Positions 38,215-51,060 of a stretch of 64,000 bases of DNA are shown here, in pieces. How positions within the stretch are numbered: position 1 is the first letter of the stretch; each line of letters starts with the position of its first letter. Below the pieces are notes generated by a model, which saw only the letters and a list, made by a program, of their open reading frames with translations, was not told the DNA's origin and made no database searches. The position numbers were made by a program, and so were the translations under genes. Source of the DNA: Camelus dromedarius (taxonomy: Eukaryota). The DNA lies in NCBI RefSeq assembly GCF_036321535.1, contig NC_087436.1, positions 46,378,001-46,442,000 of the forward strand, given 5' to 3'.

Positions 38215-38232
38215 GGTCAGCCCGGTCTGCAG
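38215..38232 (+). CDS. COL25A1: COL25A1 18-nt microexon (phase 0-0): GQPGLQ
   Basis: Long pyrimidine tract, tttcag|GGT CAG CCC GGT CTG CAG|gtaagt; continues the Gly-X-Y register. Confidence 0.93.
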
Positions 38233-39599
38233 GTAAGTGAACTCTTTTCTTAACAGATTAGTTCCAATTTAGGATTTTCTCAGTGTGGAGGTTTTACTGC
38301 AATTTTTTTTCAAAGGATATAAAAAAGCTATGAACCAGTAATCATGACACCACACAGGAGACCAAATCTTCCCCATGAGTAAAGCTCTGGGGCCTCTTCA
38401 GGGTTTTGTGAGCCACGTCAGCTGTTGGACCAGGTGGCAAGTGTGACAATGTACTGTCATATAAAATAAAACTCTTAACTGATCTGAAACAGTGCCACAA
38501 GACTTTAATGAAAGATAAAATGGCTTAGCAGTAGACGTCAAGTATGAACTGGTTTGCATTAGGCACTGATTAATCTTGTACTAGTCATGTTGTTGTAAAT
38601 CCACACAGACTGATTATTTAGATTGTAGTCCTACCAGCTACTTGTGGTTCATTATAGACAGATATTGAATCCATTCTACATTTTCAGCATGAACTAACTG
38701 CTGAAGACATGATTTATAATTAAATGTGAAGCCAGTCAGCGGACAATCTTTCGAGCCCTAAGTCATATTGAAGAAAATGAGGAAATACAAGAAGGGGAGG
38801 AATGTGTATCGAGCTGAAAGTACAAAAGAAGGGAGTTGTCAAAAGTGGAGATTCAGTAAAAACTAAGAAACTCAATATTAATACCTATTGTAGTCAGTAG
38901 GAAGCTAGAGAGAAGGAAATACTGTTATTAATGTTTTACCTTTAACACCATAATGCCTATAAATAACATAATTATTTATTGAGTGCCCCTTGTATCTCTT
39001 TCCCCTCAGTACGCTGAATGCTATTTCTGTCCCAGATTGTCTTATAAATAAGTGATTTTCATGATCTCCTTGTTAGTCAATATTCTAAATTGTCTATTGC
39101 ATGCTAATTCTCATACTAGACCATGATAGTATTATTTATAGTTTTTATGAGCTCTGAATATAAGGAAGTTTAATGGAACAAACAGAAACCTCTACTTTCT
39201 TCAGCAGAGCAGTCCTCTTCATACTACTCAAGAGGAATAGCTTCACAAGTAGTTAATTTATATTCATGTCAGAGAATACTCTCATTATTTATAATTTTCA
39301 CTCTTACAGTCTAAGTTGCCTCAAGGTAATAATTGGAGAGGAAAAAAAAAAAACAAGAAAAAGTTATAGCCTATTCCCTAAATTTCAAACTGCTACATTG
39401 TAATGAGATGAATGAAAGTAAAAGGTGCTTTGCATGCTTTACTTGATTTAATGCTTACAACAGCCATGGAAATATTATTATCCTAGATCTAGATCTAGAT
39501 ATATAGGATATATTTATAAATCTCTTCTTATTCTGTATTTATGTGTATATATATCTATATACACAGAACCTATGAGAACCTATATATATGTGGAACATA

Positions 39600-39872
39600 T
39601 GAGGAACCCACAAGAGACAGCATAGAGCATGCCTCAGAATTTCCCCACTGAGAGGCACGGAAATTGATGCGTTTATCCACTGATTTCCCATTCTTCATTG
39701 TTGAGAGTCATGCCTGAGTGTGGACTCCCTGGCACTTCTGGCTTGCCCCAGAAGGTACAGCACGTTCCAGCTGCTTGAGGAATGCAGGAAGCCATAGGAT
39801 CATCTGCGACCCGTATTCTAGCACTGTCTTGGAAGGAGGCAGTGGTGTGGGCTGGCATGTATATCTACTACA
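39600..39872. mobile_element. Old ERVL-type LTR fragment (LTR33-like)
   Basis: TTTATCCACTGATTTCCCATTCTTCATTGTTGAG...ACTCCCTGGCACTTCTGGCTTGCCC motifs, ending ...CTACTACA. Confidence 0.45.
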
Positions 39873-42311
39873 ACGTCCAAGTGCAAGTGTCCTATAGATA
39901 AAACCTAGTGGAAAATTCAGATATGGATAGAAAGACTTGGAACACTGGACAAAATGCTTTACAAGTACATTCGTCAATGAGATATTGAAGAGGATAACTG
40001 TAAAAAGAAGAACATGATCATAATAAATCTTGAGTACACAGCCACAGTGAATGAGCAGAAGAAAGACAACAAACCAGCAGAGGAAGCCCAGAGTGGTCAG
40101 AATCGGGAACATTGTAGATGAATCACTGCAGCTAAGATTTGAAAGTATATCATGGCACTTCAGAGTACCTTCACTTCAGGTCTTATGTTTACTATGGCTC
40201 TTCAGAAAAATCGTCTACCTAACTGCCTATACTTGAACGTTTTGGAAGCTTTCAAGAGGGATAGGGCTGTCATTTTCAAAAGGTGACCTGCTCTGGTATT
40301 CCTTCATTTTGGCTACGAGTTTGCCTTTAATGGATACCCAATTCACAAGATCATTTCTTTCAAAATGCCTTCCTCATGTCACACAAAATGAAAACAGTGG
40401 ATTTAGGAAGGATAGGTAGATCAATAGGATTCCAGATTAATAGGATGTTATTTTGCAGACCAGTGGTAAAAGGGGAAAATGTCTAATAATCAAGGAGTTC
40501 TGACCATCTTTCTAAAGCTGAAGATGGCTTAAATTGTTTAAAAAAATAATTGCAAAAACTGGAAAGTGAACCCTGTTGCAGCGATGGTATGAAATTAACT
40601 ATGAAAATAGGCCTTAGGGAAGACAGGTAAATCTAAGCCCTTACCTAAATTGGTGAGAAAATGGTTCTTGATAAGGGAAATGCAGTGGTGAAAGGGTATT
40701 AGAAAGAAAAAAAGGCAATGCTGGCATCTGTGGTTAAGATGGGAAAAGAGGCAGGGGAATGAATGGAGAGGATATTGCTGTGAATCCACCAGTCAAAGGA
40801 AATCAAATTCTTAGAGAAGAAACAGGATGCATTAGAGTGAATAATATCACAGAGACCTGAAAAAATGGTTGAGTAAAAAGAGAAAAAATAACGGGAGACA
40901 ACAAAGAGTATGTAAGGGAAGAAAGAAGAAAGAATTAGAAAAAACACAGATGAGCATTTGTATTTCAACCTAGAGGTAATGAGAATTATTCAGGGGGATG
41001 GGTCAAAATTAATCTATTGAAATGAAAGTCACCCTGATATTTTTTTCATTAATTCATATTAACATAATTCAGTCTAATAACTCAAGTATCTATTTTGCCC
41101 CTCTTAGGTACAAGACACAACGATAAGGTTGTAAAATTGTGGTGAACAAGACAGACTCAGTCTCTGCTCTTTTAATAGTTTTCATGTTGGTAGTAAAGTA
41201 CAGTTGCAGGCCCACCATTCTGAGGGTGACTTTAAGCCTCCTGCAAGCCCTGCTCTGCGTCTGCACATCTGCTTAACCCTCAGGTTCTGTTGGGACCTTA
41301 GACATGAGGCATTTAAGGATCCCTTTTTCTCACATGCTGGTGACCCAGCCTCAGTGCCACTGCTCTAAGTGTGGTACTGGCACCGTGCCTTAGTTCCAGT
41401 CATCGGGTTTCTGCCCAGATCCAGGCACCCCTGTTCTGGTGACTGAGTCCTTTCCTGGCTCCCCATGCCTCCACTCCCTTTCTGCATTACTGTCTTCATC
41501 CCAGGTCCTCTTTTTCTCTTTGCTCTCTACTGTCCAGTATTAGAGTCATGGTGTGCATGCTCTGTGCAGCCTTGCTACTGACTGACAGAACAATTAGATG
41601 CTTCTAGCCCATTGCCTACTTGAAAGGACTCCATGTTTCTTTCTTTTGACTCTGACTTCCCATTGCTGTTCTGCACACCATGGAAGACTTGCCTGTTGCC
41701 TGGCCAGTCACTGCTGTAGAGGAGCTGAGTCAGGAAAGTGAACATTTAGCTTTTTCCTGTCTCTATAATGGAGATGTCAAGGGTTGGGATTGAATGTAGC
41801 ATCAACCAGTATCAACCTATCTATGTCTTCCAGGTAAAGTTTTTCTATCATGGTTCTGATTGTCATTCTTCTGACCCCTCCAAACTTTGAACCTCAATAT
41901 GATTACCATTTAGAGGGAAATAAAATCCAGCTCCTTGTCTGACATTCAAATCCTTTGATTTGGTCTGTTTTTGTAGCACTATCTCCCACCAATTTTTTAT
42001 TAATGTTCTTTCTGGACACAGTGTTTCATCCAAACCAAATCAAACCAGTTAATTTTTTTCTCTTCAAATCTGTTTTTCTTCATTTGTCTTTTCTTAAACT
42101 ACTCTTTTCTCCAGAACTGCTTCCTGCCTAGCCCCTAGTCATGCTCAGTTTCCACACATCCAAATATAATAGCCCTTCATACTTACATGTCGCTTCTTCC
42201 ATCAGGATGCCATCAGTCTCCCTGAGCTGAGTGTAATTTCTCCCTGTTGCTGTATCCCCACAGCACTTTATCTGTACAGCTTTTTATATTACTTTACACT
42301 TAAAATAGAGG

Positions 42312-42545
42312 GGGCATAGACAGCAAAGCCAGACAGACTGTAAGTCAAATTCTAGCTGTTCCACTTACAAGCTTTGTGATCCTGGGCAAGTTATTCAATC
42401 ACTCTGAGTCTCATTTTCCCCATCTGTAAAAGCAAAGATAATAATGTCTTATTTCAACAGATGGTGTGAGGATTAAAATGAGATAATACATGTATAACTT
42501 CTAACACAGTGTCTAGTATGTGGCAGGCACTCAGTAAACATTAAT
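42312..42545 (+). mobile_element. MIR SINE nested in an L2 fragment
   Basis: CCACTTACAAGCTTTGTGATCCTGGGCAAGTTATT...CATCTGTAAAA...GTGAGGATTAAA...GGCACTCAGTAAA. Confidence 0.88.
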
Positions 42546-43943
42546 TTCCTCCCTCCCTTTTCCTCTTTCTATTGTATCATAGCTATTTATAAACATCCTT
42601 TCTCTCTTTACTACTAGCTTTCATGACCTTCAAGAGTGGGATCTATGCTTTCTTTAATCTTTAGTATCCTCCACAACACCTAACTCAGTTCCTTGTCTGT
42701 AGCAGAATTTCAACAAATCTTGTTGAGTTGCGTATAGTACATACAAAATCTTAAGGAAAGGGAAGCTGAAAAGGAGAGAAAATTATCAGCTTTTAATAAT
42801 TCTAAATGCCAGTCAGTAATACCATGTGTCATCAGTAATGCCAAGTAAAACAGTTCTGAGGTTTCTAAGCTCTGAGATTTTACTGAACATTTATTAATGT
42901 CAATGTCTCACATCCACATGGTTTGGAGGGTTTGGATACCTTTGTTTCCCTTCATTATAGTAGTTTATTCATATATATTTAATCTTTGGTGAAAATAAAC
43001 AGATAGCCTAAGCCCAGGGTCATACCTATGATATGTTACTTTATTTTGTAACAAGTTATTTGTAGGGTTCAAAGTTTGGATTTGATTTTTAACAGTCAAG
43101 ACAACTATAGAAAGTAGTTTGTAGTGGTTGTGTGTAACGCCAATTGCTTATGCAATAATATTCCTCCACTAATAGATAATTTAATACAAATTATAAAAGC
43201 TAGTTTTTAAAAAACCTTCTCAGGGTTCAATTTTGTACACTTTATAAAAATATATTGGCCTTCTCTTTGCCCTAAATAGCTCCATAAGTATATCAGGATA
43301 ATGAAATAGTGGAACCATTATATTAAGTGAAAGGTACCCCTTCCATACCAAGGGCATTTTCTTTTGCATGAAAGTTTTAGAGTTTTAAAGTCCTCCTCAT
43401 AACTCCCCTTTGGCGTTGTATGTGAACATAAAGGAGGTATAATTCCCTTAGGAATTTGGAGGACTAAAGTTGTGTGTGTGGTGTAATTCTGTATTACTCA
43501 GTGAGAAAAAAATGCAAGAGAAAAACCACAAGCAAATACCATCAGACAACTGCACATGGAGGCGTGTGGCTTTCATTTGTACTTGTTCAGATGCACTTGA
43601 GAAGAAGTGGACCATATCACTTTGCCTTTTTCCCCAAATCCTTTTTTACTTTGTTGTTGTTCTGATATTGTTGTTGCCATTTCACAACATTTTACTAAAA
43701 TTTACAAAAAACAAGCTCTGTGTGCCTTATAAGGAATTATTCCTGAAAAAAATACATTTGGTGGCAGTATTTAACTTTCCGTTCATATGTTTTAAATTAT
43801 ATATTAAGCTCCTTCTAACCTAACACTTTAGCAATTCCCATATTTCATGTTTGTGCTCCAGTCCAGCCTTTGTCAGATCCATATAATCTGACTTGGGGGC
43901 AAGGAGAGGACAAATACACTCTCCAAGAAATTTAAAATGCATG

Positions 43944-44000
43944 TGTCGGTGTGTGCATGTGTATGTGCGTGTGCCTGTGTGTGTGTGTGTGTGTGTGTGT
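43944..44000. repeat. (TG)n microsatellite
   Basis: Imperfect then perfect TG run. Confidence 0.9.
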
Positions 44001-44739
44001 AAAGAAAGTCCTTATTTTACTTACCACATAATAGAACTGCCATATTAAACTAGTAATGTATTCCATCCTGAATAAATTGTGTCAGACTTAATAAAGTATT
44101 ATCATTCTCTGTATATCATATAAATAATTGATGTGGTGGTTATATGATGAGGAGAATGATTATTAATGTCTTAACGTTTTGGGTTTTTTTTTTTGTATTT
44201 TATTAAGTAAATGGTTAACATGATATAAAAGACTCCACTGTACTCCAAATAGCTTCTATCTTAAAGAGTACACACAATAGAACAGCTTATTTATTTTACT
44301 ATAATCCATATTTCTTTATTTTTACATGGTCATTTGTATATTGAAATGGTTGGTATAACATTATCTCAAAGTTTAATTTTAGCTTAGAATTCTTTTCTAC
44401 TGAAATTAATTGAAGACCTTCTATTGCCAATTTTTTGTGCTTTGTTTTCTATCAAATATATTCCTTTAAATTCTATCTGAATAGAGGTGAATAACATACA
44501 GTCTTTCATGAATAATTAATCTGACATTGATCAGCGTATGTGGAAGATGTTATCATTCCCAAACTAACTCATTTTTGTATCTCAGTTTTTAAATAGTGTT
44601 GATATATAGAAAATGCACAAGGTTTTGATGAGTAAATGTATATATTTAACAATTCAGATTTAAAGATAATTTTATATTCATTTGGTGATGAAATGACTGA
44701 AACAACTGAAAATATCAGCTTTTAAGAGTTCATTTTTAA

Positions 44740-44962
44740 GGCAGTATATGGAATACATTGGATAGGGTTAAGGCAGGGTGGGCTCCACGTGTGGACACTG
44801 GGGCTTAAATGCTGGTCTACCACTTGGAAGCTGTATGACTTTGGGCAAGTTATTTTTTTCCTTCAGTTTTTCAATATAAAATAAGGATGGATGGTTTGAC
44901 TTAATACATGACTTAATGAAGCACTTGGAACAGGGTATGGCACACAAAGGTGTTATTGTTAA
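44740..44962 (+). mobile_element. MIR SINE
   Basis: CCACTTGGAAGCTGTATGACTTTGGGCAAGTTA...CTTCAGTTTT...AAGCACTTGGAACAGGGTATGGCACA. Confidence 0.75.
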
Positions 44963-45850
44963 ACATGTATTCATGCACATATAAACACCTACATACATAC
45001 CTTCTCACATATGCATTCACACTGAGACAGAGCCATGAAGACATATTACCTTATAGTAATATTTCTTCTGCTGGATAGATAGCCTATAGAATAATGGCCT
45101 CAGAACATACAGAGATTTAGGATAAGTAATTCAATCTTAAAATTAAGAAATTCATGAAAAAGTGTTATCACTCTTATACTTATTGTATAGATTCTCTATC
45201 TAAAACAAACATTTATGTGCACATTTGTATGTGTATCTTATTCTCTTTAAAGATATCAGAGTTTTAGTTAGAAATATTGTTCTTCAGTGAATTCAAACTA
45301 ATTCAGTTTGAAGTGTTTCAAATTTTAAAATTTTGTTTACAAATTTTCTCAAATTTATTATATATGGACATGTAATTTCACAAATAATGTTCTTATGGAT
45401 TTCTTTGGTAATTTTGATATCCAGCAGAATTCTTAATTGGCTAAATTTATTTTCTCCCTAAATATCTCCAGTCATATTTCAATTGATACCACATTTTTAA
45501 TACAAAATATATTCCTTTGTTCATGTAGAGATTAAAACAGTGGAATGCTATAAAATAGTAGGTAGAAGGATAGCTCCAGAAACATTTTATTCTATTTTTT
45601 CTCTTTTATCCAAACCGCATATAAACCTAGTCTTAACAATGACTGTAGGAGACCTCACTACCGCCTAAGTTAATGTAAGTCTTTGCATTTCAGGTTTGTT
45701 TTTTACAGTCAGTTCATTCAGTATTAATTATTTGAGATCTTAAACCAGGCAGAATCTATCACAGTAATTTACATTCAGGAAATATTTTTCTAAAAAAATA
45801 CATGGAATTAAAGATAAATCAAAGGTGATACATCTTCAATTGATATAGTT

Positions 45851-46009
45851 GAATAAATATCATCAATTATCATTTTGCTTAAAATAGTTATGGCACAGCT
45901 TCCCTGAAACTTCTTACCTGGCAACCTGAGCTATGGAGCTATCTGTAAAAGAAAAATTAACACAGTGAGGTTTTGAGTTCCTGAAAGAAATGTTACTCCT
46001 TGCAACAAA
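45851..46009 (-). repeat. Copy 1 of a ~155-bp ancient interspersed element (inverted partner of 47561-47712)
   Basis: Aligns by eye to the reverse complement of 47561-47712 at roughly 80% identity, with one short indel. Confidence 0.9.
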
Positions 46010-46011
46010 CT

Positions 46012-46204
46012 CAGGGCCACCATTTACATTTGTGCAGGTTGTGCACTGCACAAGGCTACTCGGCCAAGGGGCCGGTGTGGTCTCAAAGTGAAGCTCATGC
46101 TTCACTTGCCAAGGCTGTGTGCCCTCTTGGGGGCTGCATCTGCCTGGAGGAAAGCCTCCTTATCTAATTAGTACAAAGTCTCAGTTTGGGTCATCAGAAC
46201 TCTG
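46012..46204 (+). mobile_element. MER91A-like hAT-Tip100 MITE
   Basis: CAGGGCCACC...TTGTGCAGGTTGTGCACTGCACAAGG...GGGGCTGCATCTGCCTGGAGGAA...TCTAATTAGTACAAAG. Confidence 0.8.
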
Positions 46205-47124
46205 AATGAAGTGCCTGCAGTTTAGTCTGAAGAAAACTAACCAGCGTTTTAGTGGTGGGCGTCATGATCTGAGATGAGAGCTGTACATCCAGGAGGAAAT
46301 GTGTGGGCGGCAGAAGGCGTTGTCCTGGAGGGCAGCCACAGCTGGGCATAGGGTGGACAGATAGGTAGTAGCTGAAACTGTGGCAATGGGTGAGATGCCC
46401 AGGGGAAGAGAAGTCGTGGGGCGGTAGTGGGGCAGGTTAGTTATGAAGTACAGGAGAGGAAGAGGAAAAAAAGCCCTATCAGACAGTGGAAGACCCAGGA
46501 AGCTTTGCCAAGAAGCTGAAGGAAGAGTGGTCCGCATGTGAACTCTTGTCATTGGGTTTGCAATCGGGAGGTCAGTGAGTAACTTTAGTCATCTGTGGTT
46601 TCAAAGCAGTATTGCCGTGGTTTCAGGAGTAACTCAGTGTTGAAAAGGTCGGGAGAGTGAAATTAGAGTACTCCTTTTCTAAAAGTTTGGAGTCACAGGC
46701 AGAAGGGAGAAAGGAGCCAAAATTATCTGCCCGCGTTTGCAATGTGAGAAAAAAATCTTTCATTGAATAGCATTCATTTCATCTTGAAGAGATTGTGTGA
46801 AGTTGTTGATTCCTTTTGCTATTAGTCTGTACTCTTCTGAACTAGAGTCATCTGAGTCAACAAATGAGAAATGGTAGTAACCTTGAAAGGCACAATTTCA
46901 AGCCCAAGTCAAATAAATCCTCATAAGCATTAATTGGGAGTGTGTTGGACATAAAATGTCTGAATTTTTGATTGTCTACAGGCTATTCGGGGAATATTAA
47001 TTTTAGCCCTGATGTCTTGTTAGAAACCTCTGTTGTGGGAAATACGCTAATAAATTTATTGGACACATACCATGTATAAGGTACAAGGCTACACATTTAA
47101 ATTAGGAAGAAAAGAGGGGAAGGG

Positions 47125-47300
47125 AAATAATATTTATAGAAGACCATATGTTCTTTTAATTACATCCTACTATTCCCATGTGAGGTAAGCATTGTTTTTT
47201 CCATCTTACAGAGGTGGAAACTGAGGCTCAGAGAGGTTAAGTGACCTGCCAAAGATCACGTGCTAGTACATATTAAAGCCTCCAACGTTGGTGCTTATTA
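47125..47300 (-). mobile_element. MIR SINE
   Basis: TTACAGAGGTGGAAACTGAGGCTCAGAGAGGTTAAGTGACCTGCCAAAGATCAC. Confidence 0.85.
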
Positions 47301-47329
47301 CCTTTCCCTCTCTTACGTATACCTCACCT

Positions 47330-48510
47330 CTCTTCCTGCCCTCAAGGCTCCTGGTAGTTCAGTGTGAAGCATACATCTTAAACCTAGCAAGCATGCACTA
47401 ATTTTTTATAAAGAGCTACAAGTGCTTAAGGAGTTCAAAAATGAGGAAAAAACATACCCAGAAGAGAGTCAAGTAAAGCTTAGGCCAGAGAGGTCACTGA
47501 GGTGAGTCAGCAGTGACTGGCAGTAATGATAGGGATTGTATAGGAGGTGGAGATGGGGCTTTTACTGCAGGGACTAATATTTCTCTCAGAAACTCAAGTT
47601 CTTACTGTGGTTTTTTCCAATTAGCTCCGTAGCTCAGGTTGCTAGGTAAGATGTTTCAAGAAAAGTGTGCTAAAATTATTCCAAGCAAAATGATAATTGA
47701 TGATGTTTATTCTGCAGAAAGAATGACATGAGCAAAGATACAGAAAGTGATGAGGGGAATTCTGACAACAGCTGGTGTTCAAGGCTGACTGGAGGAGAGG
47801 ATCCTTATGAGGAAGGAGGCAGGAGTGGGTTAGAGATAAGGCAAAAAAGGAAAGTTAGAAGCATATTATAGAGGACATTGGACACAGGCAGATTTCCCAC
47901 AACGTGTCACCTATTAGCTGTTGCATCCATGGAGGATCATGGCCTGTAACAACTTTTTCATTGCAGATTACAAATGAGCCCTTGACATTTTTTAAGCTGA
48001 AGAATGATATACAAAAATGCGCTTTAGAAAACATAGCCTGACAAGAAGTATGTAGGATGGAGTTGAGTAAGGGAAGACGAAAGAGGATGGTGGGCTATTC
48101 TTGTTTTCCAGGAACAAGGGTGCTAGCAACAAACATGGAAAGATAGATTCAAGGGATTTGAGGGAGAATAAAATCTATAGGACTTGCATAGGATTCCATT
48201 TACTGAACCAGACATAACATTGAGGCTTTAGGCTTGGAGGAGCAGCAGTGTGTTAAACAAAAATATGGAAGTCAGAAGCATGATTAGCTTGCAGTAGAAA
48301 CTGGGAAGTTTGAGCTGATGATGGCGTATCTTGGCTTAGACATCTGGTAAGCAGTTGTAAATGCAGGACTGCAGCCTGGAAAAGAATTTAGGACATAAGT
48401 CAGGTAATAATTAAAGCCAAATAGTATATTTGATAGCTGATGAAGGGAGTAAAGTGAAAAGACAAAAGGTTTAGACACAAATTTGGGCAATCCTGACATT
48501 TATGGGCTTT
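47330..48510 (-). mobile_element. L2 LINE, interrupted at 47561-47712
   Basis: Purine-rich antisense L2 motifs (GAATGACATGAGCAAAGA, TTTAAGCTGAAGAATGATAT, AATCTATAGGACTTG, GGTAAGCAGTTG). Confidence 0.6.
47561..47712 (+). repeat. Copy 2 of the ~155-bp element, inserted into an L2
   Basis: TTTACTGCAGGGACTAATATTTCTCTCAG...TAGCTCAGGTTGCTAGGTAAGATG...ATGATAATTGATGATGTTTATTC; L2-like sequence resumes on both sides. Confidence 0.9.
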
Positions 48511-50719
48511 GTCAGCCCTCCCTCCTCCAAGCTCTAGTTTATTTAGTTTTATTTTAGCCCAGGGTAACTCCTTTCCAGAGCCCCGTCCACTGGCTCAGCA
48601 GTTTCCCTTGCCATAGCTCAGCTTTCTTCTTCCTAATGGAAAGAAATGCCCTCAAGACCAATATGTATTTCAACTCATGTTACTTTATTTTTCCCCAAAC
48701 CAGAATGTAAAAATAGGACTTCTACTCTGCTACCTCCTTCCTCTTTGCTCAAATTCAATTTCTGTTCTTTCTATGACCAGTCTATTATTTGAAGTTTAAT
48801 GGAGATGGTAAGAAGTTAGGAACTTAGAATGAGGGTATAGAGGGCAAAGACAACTTTTCTTCCCTTTGACTTTAGTGGGGAGTGAATGAACATGTTTGGA
48901 GACCAGGGGGAAGAATCCAAGGGGCCCGTAATTGTTGAAGAGACAAGTGAGAACAATGATAAAGAGCAGGGCGAGGTGGGGTGGTATGTACCAACATTAC
49001 CTCCAGTCCCACGAGAGAGGAGGTAAGGATACAGGAAAATCTGGAGATGGAGAGCATGGTGGTTGTAGAAGCCTGCATTAAAAGCTTTTGATCTGTTTAG
49101 TCATCAGCTGAGGAAGAGGGAGATCAGGCTTCTAATTTACACAGGGAGCTCGAGAACTACAGACAAACCTAGCCCTTGTTTTTTCCATTCCATCTGCCTA
49201 TCCCCTTAGACTCAAAGGGATATCCTAATCCTCATCCCTGGGTTGTGTTCAGTTGTCATTCGCAAAACCAATATTGCTCTATAAGATACTACCAGTGAAC
49301 ATAGAATCAAAGTAACCTTCAAACCAGGCTTTCTTAAATAATGTGGGCAAAATTATTTGGGGACACTATATTAGGAAAAATGCAGAAATAGACAATTGCA
49401 AATTAAACCCATCGTTTAAAGATGACTGTACCTCTGAATACATTTGAATTATATTGAGGACACTAAGGGTATTGTAGGATAGTTTACACCATTAGCTGTA
49501 AAGTCACAGGGGCTACTGTGGGCATTTAGAGAGCAAGTTGATACTTTCTTTCAACACAAGGAATGTTTAGGATTCCAAGTCTTTCACCATGGAGTTCATT
49601 TTATTTGACCTCTTAAAAATAAGTTTTTTTTTTTTAAAAAGCAAAGTTAAACAACAAAAAAATAGTTTTAGCAATCTCTTAAAATATTTAGATGTAAGGA
49701 ATGGTTCTACAAAGAAGGGACCTCTTGGTTTTGATTGGCAGGAGCCGTAATTTGGCTGTATTTAATTTGTATTGTGTTAGAAAAGAAAGCCAGAGTGAGC
49801 TTCCCTGATTCCTGCTGTTTTATAAGCCCTTAACTCCATTGAGCTACATCAGCCTTACTTTTGAGAGACCTTTTTTAATGTTTGGTTTTTCTAAACTTTC
49901 TTTTAGTGCTAGCCCTCACTAATTGTTTCCTTATGGCAGCTGCTTATGATTTAAGACTGATCATGGGTACATATAGTCCCTTGTCCAAGGCTCAAACTGA
50001 CATCACAAGAGAACTTATAGTTACAATCTTACTACAGAAAATGTCTAGAAAATAAGAGCTGTAAAAATTAGTTTTGCAATAAGTGGGGCTGGTTTTCAGA
50101 TTTTAAGTTTGTGTTTATACCGACCCCCTTTTCTGCTGGATTTCTTTTAATCTTCAATACAAAACGGAAGGTGTAAAGTCTGAAGCTATAAATCTGTTTA
50201 TAGCTATAATTCCCTTCCCTGGCTTAGCAGAGTTTGACACTATAATAAACACGGTTCTTCTGCAGCAACACTGAATCTGGTTCTTGTATAATTCTTTTGT
50301 ATGTTGCTGCTTTGAACACTGAGTTTTATGGCATTCTTCTCTTTCTGGGTGTTTCAGTTCGGCAAGAATTGAGCACCTACTATATGCCAGGGATGACTAG
50401 ATAGTTCTAAGGCCTAAAGTTTAGTCTTGTTTTGTCATTAAAGTGATGTGACTAAAAGGACAATGAAGTGTTTTTGTCTTGCTTTGTTTTGTTTGGGAAT
50501 AGTCCTTGAACACTGAAGTAAATTATATTAAACCTGTGTATTCTCTAAAAGTTTTTGATCATTCACCTCATACATTTCTCACCACATTGCCTTTTGAGTT
50601 TAGGAAATCAATATGTTTACTTTCTTAATCCTCAGGTCAAGTATTTGAAAAATAAATTTTATTTTGTGTTTTCCATGATTTAAATATTTAAAATATTGAG
50701 TGTGTGCTTCATAATCATT

Positions 50720-50925
50720 ACCATCGGTAAATCAGGCATTCTACAAGTTTCTTTGTGGACAGTGTTCCATTTTAGCTAAACAGTAAGCATTGTTTTCCCC
50801 ATTTTACAGATGAAGAAACTGAGGCTCAAAGAGCTTAATGAACCTGCTAAAGATCACACAGGTGATCACAACCAAGATTTCAGTCTGGATCTGTTTTACT
50901 TCAAACTTTGAGCTCTTAATCACCA
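50720..50925 (-). mobile_element. MIR SINE
   Basis: CCCCATTTTACAGATGAAGAAACTGAGGCTCAAAGAG...AAGATCACACAG. Confidence 0.88.
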
Positions 50926-51034
50926 ATATAATTCATTTTATGAACTTTATTTTTAAGTAACTCCCCCAAATTATACTTTTCCTTATTATTTTTACTCTTT
51001 TCTGAAGCATTTTAAAAGAGATTATACATAAATC

Positions 51035-51060
51035 TACACATACACACACACACACACACA
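51035..51060. repeat. (CA)n microsatellite
   Basis: acacatacacacacacacacacaca. Confidence 0.9.

Noticed and set aside
42312..50925. Oppositely oriented MIR copies as an RNA duplex
   Set aside because: MIRs are abundant and highly diverged, so such pairs are ubiquitous and pair poorly.
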